DNA from: an uncultured Gammaproteobacteria bacterium
GTDB taxonomy: Bacteria; Patescibacteriota; Microgenomatia; UBA1406; GWC2-37-13
Reading direction: 5' to 3'
Assembly: GCA_964459595.1 (NCBI GenBank)
Contig: CAYWLV010000001.1
Location: 84,056-148,055 of the forward strand
DNA: 64,000 nt
The stretch's first letter is position 1. Each line of letters opens with the position of its first letter. Below are positions 18,621 to 26,390 of this stretch, in pieces. The notes under the pieces are model-generated. The model saw only the letters and a list, made by a program, of their open reading frames with translations, made no database searches and was not told the origin of the DNA. Made by a program: the position numbers and the translations under genes.

Positions 18621-19721
18621 ATGACCAAAATATTTATTTCAGGATCAATGGCCTACGATGATATTATGGTCTTTCCACATCATTTTAAAGACTACTTTCA
18701 TCCGGAAAAACTACATCAAATAAATGTGTCATTTGCAGTCAGCGAATTGGCAAAACATTTGGGAGGAATTGCCACAAATGTGAGTTATGCGCTACGAAAT
18801 ACATGTGATTATTACGTGCAAAATCCTAAATCCCAAACACTAAATCCTAAACAAACCCCAAATTCTAAATCAAAAATAAATCAAGACGGGAACATTTCAA
18901 TTTATCCCGTGGGGGCGGTGGGGAGAGATGGCGATTTGCTTCTTGATTTTTTTAAAAAGAATTCAATAGACAGCTCATACGTACTCAAAGATGAAAAACT
19001 CTATACGGCAACGGGAAAAGTGATTACAGACATGAATGATAATCAAATATGGGGGTTTTACTACGGGGCCTGTTGCATAAATCCTAAACTCGAAACCCTA
19101 AAAACAAAACAAATGGATCAAAATTCCAAATCCCAAAAAGAGGATCAGTTTTGGATTGTGTCTGCGACGCATGAGAAGCCGTTCACCACTGTTCTCCGAC
19201 ATGTTATTCAAAATAAACTCCCCTACATGTTTGATCCCGGTATGGCCCTCACCTGGATCCGAGATGATTTGCTTAAAAAAGGAGTGCTGAACGCAACATA
19301 CGTTGTTGGTAATGATTACGAGATTGCAATGATAGAAAAACGATTGAAGATGAGTGTAGTGGAGATAGTGAAGGGCGGAGTGAATGTGATCACAACACTG
19401 GGAGAAAAAGGCGTGAAATACGATGAGGTACTAAATGAAGAAATGAAGAAATATCCAAATGAAAAAATAAATATATCTCACAAGACTCACGCTGTAGTGA
19501 AGGCGGTGAGAGTGAGGAAGGTAGTTGATCCTACCGGAGCAGGTGATGCATGGAGAGGTGGATTTGTGGGAGCGCTAGTTGCAGGTAAGTCTATTCGCGA
19601 GTGCTTAGTGATGGGAAATGTGATGTCGAGTTTTGCGGTGCAGGCGATGGGGACGGTGGAGTATAAGGCAGAGAGGAAAGAGATAGAAAAACGAATAAAA
19701 ACTCTAAACCCTAAACAATAA
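18621..19721 (+). CDS. PfkB-family carbohydrate/nucleoside kinase (adenosine-kinase candidate) with low-complexity inserts
   Basis: C-terminal DPTGAGDAWRGGF (PfkB signature 2). It lies next to ahcY. The last codons (KTLNPKQ*) read into a repeat arm. Confidence 0.7.
   Translation: MTKIFISGSMAYDDIMVFPHHFKDYFHPEKLHQINVSFAVSELAKHLGGIATNVSYALRNTCDYYVQNPKSQTLNPKQTPNSKSKINQDGNISIYPVGAVGRDGDLLLDFFKKNSIDSSYVLKDEKLYTATGKVITDMNDNQIWGFYYGACCINPKLETLKTKQMDQNSKSQKEDQFWIVSATHEKPFTTVLRHVIQNKLPYMFDPGMALTWIRDDLLKKGVLNATYVVGNDYEIAMIEKRLKMSVVEIVKGGVNVITTLGEKGVKYDEVLNEEMKKYPNEKINISHKTHAVVKAVRVRKVVDPTGAGDAWRGGFVGALVAGKSIRECLVMGNVMSSFAVQAMGTVEYKAERKEIEKRIKTLNPKQ
18818..18886. repeat. In-frame CTAAAYY-type heptamer tract in the PfkB kinase gene
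   Basis: aaatcct|aaatccc|aaacact|aaatcct|aaacaaa... encodes QNPKSQTLNPKQTPNSKSKINQ. Confidence 0.7.
19077..19140. repeat. In-frame CTAAAYY-type heptamer tract in the PfkB kinase gene
   Basis: ataaatcctaaactcgaaaccctaaaaacaaaacaaatggatcaaaattccaaatcccaaaaag encodes INPKLETLKTKQMDQNSKSQK. Confidence 0.65.
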
Positions 19722-19826
19722 ACTCTAAACAAATAAATACAAAATTCTAAATCTTAAATATAAAGATTTGAAATTTAGTATTTAATAATTTGATTAGGAT
19801 TGAGGGTTTAGTATTTAGAATTTATA
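19699..19826. repeat. Family-A heptamer hairpin element (CTAAAYY arm / RRTTTAG arm), copy A1
   Basis: Left arm aactctaaaccctaaac..ctctaaac, box aaataaatacaaaa at 19731-19744, inner palindrome aaatctt/aagattt at 19749-19769, right arm gattaggattgagggtttagtatttagaattt. Confidence 0.75.
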
Positions 19827-19835
19827 GTTAATCTT

Positions 19836-21116
19836 ATGACCTACGATGTGAAGGATATCAACTTGGCGGATTCTGGAAAACAGTTAATCGAGTGGGCGGA
19901 GAGAGAAATGCCGGTGCTTCGCCTTATTAAAAAACGATTTGCAAAAGAAAAGCCACTCAAGGGAGTGACTCTTGCAGCATGCCTTCATGTAACAAGTGAA
20001 ACAGCAAACCTCATGAGAACACTGAAAGCCGGAGGAGCAAATGTATGTTTAGCAGCAAGCAATCCCCTTTCCACAAATGATGCAGTGGCGGCAGCACTCG
20101 TGAAGGAATATGATATTCCCACATTTGCAATAAAAGGAGAAGATAACAAAACATACTTTAAGCACTTGAATGCCACACTCGATTTCAAACCAAATATGAC
20201 AATGGATGATGGTGCAGATTTGGTGAGCATTTTGCACACCACTCGAAAAGAACTTCTCAAAGGGGTGGTAGGTAGCAATGAAGAAACAACAACGGGGGTG
20301 ATTCGCTTGCGCGCAATGGAAAAAGATAAGGCGCTCAAAATCCCAGTTTTGGCAGTGAATGATAATCTCACAAAGCACATGTTTGATAATCAATATGGAA
20401 CGGGACAAAGCACACTGGACGGCGTGATTCGCGCCACCAACATGCTTCTTGCCGGCCGCAACTTTGTTGTGGTTGGGTATGGATGGTGTGGACGAGGACT
20501 CGCACGACGAGCACAAGGAATGGGAAGTCATGTGATTGTGTGTGAAGTGGATGCTGTAAAAGCGCTTGAGGCGAGAATGGATGGATACCGTGTGATGCCA
20601 CTTGTGGAAGCAATGGCGATTGCAGATGTGGTGGTCACTGTTACCGGAGACAAACATGTGATAGACACCCCTCACATTAAAGCAGCAAAAGATGGGCTTA
20701 TTCTTGCAAACTCAGGACATTTTGATGTGGAGATAAACAAAGTTGCCATGAAAAAGCTTTCAAAAAGCATTCGCACGGTGCGCCCATTTGTGGAAGAGTA
20801 TCTACTAGAAGACAGAAGTAAGAAGACAGAAATAAGAACCAAAAAAATATATCTGTTGGCAGACGGACGACTGGTGAACCTCGGCAGTGCTGAAGGACAC
20901 CCTGCGAGCGTAATGGATATGAGCTTTGCTGGGCAAGCATTGGGAAGTGAATATATGTGGAAGAATAAGGGGAAGTTTGAAAATAAAGTATATTCCCTAC
21001 CTGCTAATGTGGATCAAGAAATAGCTGCACTCAAACTGAAAAGTGAGGGTGTAGAAATTGACAAGCTTACCGCTGAGCAGAAAGAATATTTGAATAGCTG
21101 GAAGGAAGGAACGTAA
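19836..21116 (+). CDS. ahcY: Adenosylhomocysteinase
   Basis: [22 protein letters not shown]...[10 protein letters not shown]...[17 protein letters not shown]; full-length match to the family. Confidence 0.95.
   Translation: MTYDVKDINLADSGKQLIEWAEREMPVLRLIKKRFAKEKPLKGVTLAACLHVTSETANLMRTLKAGGANVCLAASNPLSTNDAVAAALVKEYDIPTFAIKGEDNKTYFKHLNATLDFKPNMTMDDGADLVSILHTTRKELLKGVVGSNEETTTGVIRLRAMEKDKALKIPVLAVNDNLTKHMFDNQYGTGQSTLDGVIRATNMLLAGRNFVVVGYGWCGRGLARRAQGMGSHVIVCEVDAVKALEARMDGYRVMPLVEAMAIADVVVTVTGDKHVIDTPHIKAAKDGLILANSGHFDVEINKVAMKKLSKSIRTVRPFVEEYLLEDRSKKTEIRTKKIYLLADGRLVNLGSAEGHPASVMDMSFAGQALGSEYMWKNKGKFENKVYSLPANVDQEIAALKLKSEGVEIDKLTAEQKEYLNSWKEGT
20806..20840. repeat. In-frame AGAAGAY-type heptamer tract in ahcY
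   Basis: tagaagacagaagtaagaagacagaaataagaacc encodes [12 protein letters not shown]. The 21-mer at 20806-20826 is identical to the intergenic 44146-44166. Confidence 0.75.
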
Positions 21117-21123
21117 GTTCCTT

Positions 21124-21191
21124 AACAAATCCTAAATTCTAAACTCTAAATCCTAAGCAAATAAAACAAAAATCTTAAATCTTAAAGATTT
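21124..21191. repeat. Family-A element A2: left arm, box and inner palindrome
   Basis: aaatcctaaattctaaactctaaatcctaagcaaataaaacaaaaatcttaaatcttaaagattt is colinear with A1. The palindrome aaatctt-a-aagattt lies at 21177-21191. Confidence 0.7.
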
Positions 21192-21570
21192 TCGGATTGC
21201 TCGCTTTTGAAGACTTGAGTATTCCTCCTAAGATGAGGGACAATTCGTGAGTTTCTTTCCACAGAGTACGAAGTGATTCCTTTCTATCTGGAAATTCAAC
21301 TGCCAATAATCGAATCCAATAGAGTGTTTCTTTACTTTCTTTTCTAGAAATAGATACTTTATTTATGAAATCTTTTTTGCTATCGCAGGCATTTGCCTCC
21401 ATGTAATTAGCTCCAATACTTGTTCCACTTCTGAGTAGTTGGTCAATGAGGGGGCGAGAAATTGTAGAGATTGTTAAGGACTTACAAAATAGAATTAATT
21501 TTTCACTAAAAATGGAAACACGCTCTTCTAGATTGTATGTTTTTGTAATTGTTTTAATATTTTGCCCCAT
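21175..21570 (-). CDS. Four-helix-bundle protein (23S rRNA intervening-sequence protein family)
   Basis: RSGTSIGANYMEANACDSKKDFINKVSISRKESKETLYWIRLL is the characteristic core of this family. The gene is nested between the two halves of repeat A2. Confidence 0.8.
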   Translation of the reverse strand: MGQNIKTITKTYNLEERVSIFSEKLILFCKSLTISTISRPLIDQLLRSGTSIGANYMEANACDSKKDFINKVSISRKESKETLYWIRLLAVEFPDRKESLRTLWKETHELSLILGGILKSSKASNPKIFKI

Positions 21571-21607
21571 TTGTTTAGAGTTTAGGATTTAATATTTAGA
21601 GTTTACC
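21571..21607. repeat. Family-A element A2: right arm
   Basis: ttgtttagagtttaggatttaatatttagagtttacc starts immediately after the ATG of the nested gene. Confidence 0.7.
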
Positions 21608-21626
21608 GCTATCCGATTTCCCTAGT

Positions 21627-21648
21627 CAACGGTTTATAAGCCGCAAAT
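21627..21648. repeat. Short palindromic motif, copy 1 (caacggtttataagccgcaaat)
   Basis: It is the reverse complement of 35872-35893 with one mismatch. The core is cggYttataagccg. Confidence 0.6.
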
Positions 21649-21714
21649 GAGATCGATTAGGTTGATGGAGCTGGATAAAAAAGAGGTTAGCGGTCTAGAG
21701 TCCAGGGTCTTTTT

Positions 21715-22557
21715 TTATTTCTCGCAGTCGCACTTGAAGTTGTCGGCCAAGCGAGCGAGCACCTGCTCTGTTTTGTAAAACGCGGAGTCTTTCATGTGTT
21801 CAATCTCTTCTTGAAGGAATAGGATCTGCTGATCTGCAGGAGTGGGAGCATCTATCTTTCTCACGCGCCACTGCCAACTTGCTTGGAGAATGGAATGCTG
21901 TCTATAGCGAAAGAGCACATGAGGACAGTGAATTGCTGTGTGACCAACATCAAATAACCTATACCAAAGAAAATGGCGTATATCATATTTTTCGTGTTCG
22001 ATAAATCCGCCAACTGCGCGTGCATGCTGTGTATTAAAAAGTGCCGCATTATTGATATAGTTTTGTTTTTTTAGTAGGTATTTTACTTGTTCGGAATAGG
22101 AAGGGACGTGAACTGTAAATGAGCTTCCCTCTTTACGTCTCCATTCTGTTGGATAGGTGAGCCAGGCCAATTTTTCCCGTGGTCCAAAAAGTAGAAAGTT
22201 TGAATAGATGATTGCAGGGTGTGGGTTTTTCATACCCAAGGTAAGCATTTTTGCAATATATGTATGGTCAAGTTCGTCGTCTGCATCCAAAAAGCATGTG
22301 TATTCTGTTTTTGATAGCTCTAAACCCTTATTAAATGCAGCAAGTTGACCTCTGTTATGAATGAATGAATGATATTCAATATATGGAAAATATAAGTTTA
22401 AATATTCTTTAGCAATCAGTTCTGTAAGATCTGAAGATCCATTATTTATAATAATAGTTTTATTTACATGATAAGTTTGATGAAGGACGCTTTCAATTGC
22501 CTGGCGAATATAGGGGCCATGATTATGAGCAACAATAATTACGGTAAGAGAGGACAT
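21715..22557 (-). CDS. Glycosyltransferase family 2
   Basis: LTVIIVAHNHGPYIRQAIESVLHQTY...IIINNGSSD...FLDADDEL. Confidence 0.75.
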   Translation of the reverse strand: MSSLTVIIVAHNHGPYIRQAIESVLHQTYHVNKTIIINNGSSDLTELIAKEYLNLYFPYIEYHSFIHNRGQLAAFNKGLELSKTEYTCFLDADDELDHTYIAKMLTLGMKNPHPAIIYSNFLLFGPREKLAWLTYPTEWRRKEGSSFTVHVPSYSEQVKYLLKKQNYINNAALFNTQHARAVGGFIEHEKYDIRHFLWYRLFDVGHTAIHCPHVLFRYRQHSILQASWQWRVRKIDAPTPADQQILFLQEEIEHMKDSAFYKTEQVLARLADNFKCDCEK

Positions 22558-22618
22558 AATTTTAGTATATCATCTACTGAAAACAAAAGCCGTTATCAAA
22601 AATATTTAATTTAGTAGA

Positions 22619-23215
22619 ATGGGTGCTATGTATGAGAGAATACGACATCTCTTTCAAGGAGAACGGCAAGAACCGTCAATAGAATCCTTTATGAGCAAGC
22701 TTAGTGATAAGCTAAACCGCACATTTCAAGATCATCTTACTCAGGGAAAAATTGACAAAGCAATTCCTCGGTATGGACTTCCTTCAAAACCACTCCTTCA
22801 ACCACACAGAATGTGGCTTGGTGACTTTACTGCTGAACGAGAGCTCCATTTTTCTGCTGCACTGGGATCGTTGAAAAAAGAAGGTAAAACAGATGTAGTA
22901 TTTTTGCAGACAAACGGCATGCGAGAGAGAGGAGAGTTCTATATTGTCTCAGCGGATATAATAAAACTCACCGCTTTCCCTTATGAGCCAATTGACGAAA
23001 TAGACAATCCTTTGCATGTGAAATCGCCAACCCGACATGAACTTAAACTGTGCAGAGAAATTATGGAGCAAATGACTCAAGACATATCAATACTAGACCC
23101 TCCTCCATATTTTGAAAGATATGGCATACCTATACATCTCGTGACATTAGCAGATCAAGCAACTCGGTGTATTCGTGAAAAAGGAGCTACAATTCCCTAT
23201 TCAGATTTTTTATAG
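22619..23215 (+). CDS. Hypothetical protein (198 aa)
   Basis: ORF only; I recognise no motif. Its end overlaps the converging gene by 19 nt. Confidence 0.4.
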   Translation: MGAMYERIRHLFQGERQEPSIESFMSKLSDKLNRTFQDHLTQGKIDKAIPRYGLPSKPLLQPHRMWLGDFTAERELHFSAALGSLKKEGKTDVVFLQTNGMRERGEFYIVSADIIKLTAFPYEPIDEIDNPLHVKSPTRHELKLCREIMEQMTQDISILDPPPYFERYGIPIHLVTLADQATRCIREKGATIPYSDFL

Positions 23216-24645
23216 ATTAATCTTCTTGGTAAAACCCACCCACTCTTTTTTGCAGTTTCCATCCGAAGCAATCTCTTTTTACTTCTCTTTTTTTCTTTTA
23301 ATGCATTTGCGATGGCGAGGGCCCAGTCGGTATGTGACTTTGGAGTATAGAGAAGCCCTTTGGCAACTGCAGCGGTTGCCGAAGGGGCAACAATTGGTTT
23401 TCCGGAAGCGAGATAAAGCGGAAGCTCGGGATGATTGAATACGGTGGATTTATCATATTTAAAAGGCGATATGAGAATATCAAAAGACTGCAAGAATAGG
23501 GGTAGTTTTTTATAGGGCTGCTTCCCTACAGGAAAAATATTGGGAGACTTCTCTGCAACTTCTATAACCGGGCGATAATCGGTATTTCCCACAAGCACAA
23601 TCGATGCGGTGGGAAATGAAGCGGCAAGTTTGAATAGCAAATCTTCATCTATTTTTTCATCAAGTGTGCCGATATAGCCCATTACTGGTTTTTTGATCCA
23701 ACATAAACCCACATCGCATGTTTGAATCATTTTAGAAGTATCTTTAAACGCATCCCAATCGACACCATTTTTTACGAGAATATCTCTTTTATCGCGAAAG
23801 AGCGCTATATGGGGAGCAGTCAGAAGTTCGGCATGTTTTATACATTTCTTTTCGGCCTTAACTATATGTTTTCCAGCTGCTCCTGTTTGAATAAATCCAT
23901 ACGCATTATCATATGTGTATGTGTATTTTTTCAGTGGGAAAATAAGAGACCAGAATGGGTGGTGGAGATAAGTGATTGATGGTCGATGGTCTTTGGTCGC
24001 AAGCTGGAGGGATTTTTTGAGGAATGCAACTTCTTTTCGTGAAGGATTTTGATAGTTGAGATGAAGAATCTTTTTTGCAGTGAGTCGAATGGCAGTAAAG
24101 TTTGGAAATGATTCGATAATCCGAAATCCGGGACGACTTCCCTCATCAAACACGCCCTCGATATAAGTGACGGGAACTTTTTCAGAAAGTTTCTGAGAAA
24201 TCTGAACTGATCGAGATTGAAAGTCCGAAGAATCAGTAGTGCCAAAGATAATATATGAGTTTATTTTGCGAGATTTTATTTGAGCATAAGATTTCTTGTC
24301 TAGTTTACCCTGAGCCTGCCGAAAAGATCGAAAAGACACCAATGTCCTTATATATTTGAAAAAATATAGTACATATGCATAAGGAGTCTTTCTTAAGATA
24401 TGGAGCCATTTCTTTTTGCGCAAAAGCGAGAGAATAGATTTTTGCTTGAGTAAAAGCATTGGAACTTCTTCATTTTTAGACCGAACAAATATCTTTTTTA
24501 TATCCTGCCCCGCAAAATAAAATGCGGAGAAAAACTCAAAGATGAGAGACGAATCATGCAGCGAGAGAGAAGATCGAAGTTGCTCCACTTCAAGGTATAA
24601 GAGCTTTTCTTGTTCTATAAGATTTTTCAGAATTGGCTTTTTCAT
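23197..24645 (-). CDS. Putative glycosyltransferase (GT-B, TuaH-like C-terminal half) with an N-terminal extension
   Basis: The C-terminal half GYIGTLDEKIDEDLL..IVLVGNTDY...PVGKQPYKKLPLFLQSFDILISPF resembles GT1/GT4-type enzymes. Confidence 0.45.
   Translation of the reverse strand: MKKPILKNLIEQEKLLYLEVEQLRSSLSLHDSSLIFEFFSAFYFAGQDIKKIFVRSKNEEVPMLLLKQKSILSLLRKKKWLHILRKTPYAYVLYFFKYIRTLVSFRSFRQAQGKLDKKSYAQIKSRKINSYIIFGTTDSSDFQSRSVQISQKLSEKVPVTYIEGVFDEGSRPGFRIIESFPNFTAIRLTAKKILHLNYQNPSRKEVAFLKKSLQLATKDHRPSITYLHHPFWSLIFPLKKYTYTYDNAYGFIQTGAAGKHIVKAEKKCIKHAELLTAPHIALFRDKRDILVKNGVDWDAFKDTSKMIQTCDVGLCWIKKPVMGYIGTLDEKIDEDLLFKLAASFPTASIVLVGNTDYRPVIEVAEKSPNIFPVGKQPYKKLPLFLQSFDILISPFKYDKSTVFNHPELPLYLASGKPIVAPSATAAVAKGLLYTPKSHTDWALAIANALKEKKRSKKRLLRMETAKKSGWVLPRRLIYKKSE
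23972..24004. repeat. In-frame heptamer tract (GGTCG flavour)
   Basis: gtgattgatggtcgatggtctttggtcgcaagc encodes LATKDHRPSITY. Confidence 0.5.
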
Positions 24646-24676
24646 GACTGTTGAGGAATACTATAGCATAGAACGG

Positions 24677-24802
24677 CTAAATCCTAAACTCTAAATTCTA
24701 AACCCTAAACTAAGATACGCAAAAATCAAAATTTCTAAAACAATTAAATTTTGGATTTAATCTTTTGAGAATTAGGTTTTAGGGTTTAGGATTTAGAATT
24801 TA
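24677..24802. repeat. Family-A heptamer hairpin element A3
   Basis: The left arm ctaaatc|ctaaact|ctaaatt|ctaaacc|ctaaact has perfect period 7. The right arm is attaggt|tttaggg|tttagga|tttagaa. Confidence 0.8.
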
Positions 24803-24833
24803 TCTCGCTTCGTTTCGTGTATAATATAAAGCT

Positions 24834-26267
24834 ATGGAAAAACTTACTAAAATCGTTGCAACAATTGGTCCTTCATGCGACTCTGAAGAGCAAATTGAGT
24901 CACTTATTCACGCAGGAGTGAATGTATTTCGCTTCAATTTTAAACATTCAACTATTACTTGGCATGCCGAACGAATTCACCGGGTAAAAAAAGTTGCCAA
25001 AAAAATAAAGAAACATGTGGGAACCCTTCTTGATTTGCAGGGACCAGAAATTCGCATATATATGCCAGGAGAAAGTATCGCTATTAAAGAGGGTGAACTT
25101 GTTACCCTTGGTGAACGTGTTTTTACCGACTCATCAGTGAAAGGTTTTTCATGTTCTCATCCAGATTTATTTAACGATTTAAAGGTTGGTCAGCATTTAT
25201 TAGCTGATGACGGAGCATTTACCTTTACTGTGAAAGAAGTGAAACCAGAAATTATCCTTCTCTGCAATCGTGCTGGGCTATTAAAGAATCGAAAATCACT
25301 CCGCATTCCTGGTGCAGATTTTTCATTTCCTGTATTGGTTGATCGCGATTTTGAAGGACTCAAAATGGCACAGCGAGCTGAAATCGACTTTATCGCCCTT
25401 TCCTATGCACGTAATGCAAAGGATGTTGAAATAACAAGAAAAGAGATGGATAAATATAAAGTAAAAGCTCGCATAATTACAAAAATTGAAGCACGTTCAG
25501 CAATAAATAATTTGGATGAAATTATTGAAGTGAGTGATGGAATTATGGTGGCACGAGGTGATCTCGGAATTGAACTTCCACTGGAAGAAGTTCCCTATTG
25601 GCAAAAGGTTATGATTGGGAAATGTATGGAAAAAGGAATCCCCGTGATTACAGCAACTCAGATGCTCCAAACCATGATCGAAAATCCATATCCAACACGC
25701 GCAGAGGTGTCTGATGTTGCCAATGCCACTTTTGATCTCACTGATGCAGTGATGCTTTCTGGAGAAAGTGCATCTGGAAAATATCCTCTTGAAACGGTGA
25801 CTATGATGCGTCACATTATCGAATCAAATGAAAGAAGATTTATAAAAGACACACGTACGGAATACAACTTTAAAGGAGGCGACAATGAACGAATGTTATG
25901 TGAAGCGGCATATAACATGTATAAAAACTTTGAATCAAGCAAGCAACATTTTGCTGGGTTTATGATATTTACAGAATCAGGGAGAACCGCACGTATGCTT
26001 TCTCGATATCGACCAAATGTACCTATTTATGCTCTTGTATCCTCAAACAAAGTTGGTGACATGCTGACCCTTGATTACGGTGTTCATCCCCTGTCTCATT
26101 TTACGCCATATACAAAAGAGTTAACAACAGCTAAAGGAATAAATAGCATTCTCGACCATTTAATTGAAGTAAAACGAATTAAAAAAGGACAATCTATGAT
26201 TATTTTATACGGCGACGAATGGATGAAAACGGGAAAGACAAGCACACTGAAGCTGGTACAAGTGTAA
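24834..26267 (+). CDS. pyk: Pyruvate kinase
   Basis: TKIVATIGPS...VFRFNFKH...MVARGDLGIE...; full-length match. Confidence 0.95.
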   Translation: MEKLTKIVATIGPSCDSEEQIESLIHAGVNVFRFNFKHSTITWHAERIHRVKKVAKKIKKHVGTLLDLQGPEIRIYMPGESIAIKEGELVTLGERVFTDSSVKGFSCSHPDLFNDLKVGQHLLADDGAFTFTVKEVKPEIILLCNRAGLLKNRKSLRIPGADFSFPVLVDRDFEGLKMAQRAEIDFIALSYARNAKDVEITRKEMDKYKVKARIITKIEARSAINNLDEIIEVSDGIMVARGDLGIELPLEEVPYWQKVMIGKCMEKGIPVITATQMLQTMIENPYPTRAEVSDVANATFDLTDAVMLSGESASGKYPLETVTMMRHIIESNERRFIKDTRTEYNFKGGDNERMLCEAAYNMYKNFESSKQHFAGFMIFTESGRTARMLSRYRPNVPIYALVSSNKVGDMLTLDYGVHPLSHFTPYTKELTTAKGINSILDHLIEVKRIKKGQSMIILYGDEWMKTGKTSTLKLVQV

Positions 26268-26269
26268 GA

Positions 26270-26384
26270 AACCTAAACCCTAAACAATAATCTCTAAACA
26301 AATAAATACAAAAATTTCAAATTTTTGACTTATTTTTCAGATTTGGGATTTGATTAGGTTTTAGAATTTAGAGTTTAGAATTTT
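26270..26384. repeat. Family-A heptamer hairpin element A4
   Basis: Left arm aacctaaaccctaaac...tctctaaac, box aaataaatacaaaa at 26300-26313, right arm gattaggttttagaatttagagtttagaatttt. Confidence 0.75.
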
Positions 26385-26390
26385 AACATT

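Noticed and set aside
19985-20675. Long antisense ORFs lie inside ahcY (131, 208 and 81 aa), with similar ones inside gyrA, gyrB, lepA, the 994-aa gene and others.
   Set aside because: They lie entirely opposite strongly supported conserved genes and have no recognisable motifs. They are typical shadow ORFs.
24691-24710. TTTAGGG/CCCTAAA units (for example ctaaaccctaaac) resemble the plant-type telomere repeat.
   Set aside because: Only one or two exact units occur per site, embedded in degenerate CTAAAYY heptamers between ordinary bacterial genes. There is no terminal tandem array.
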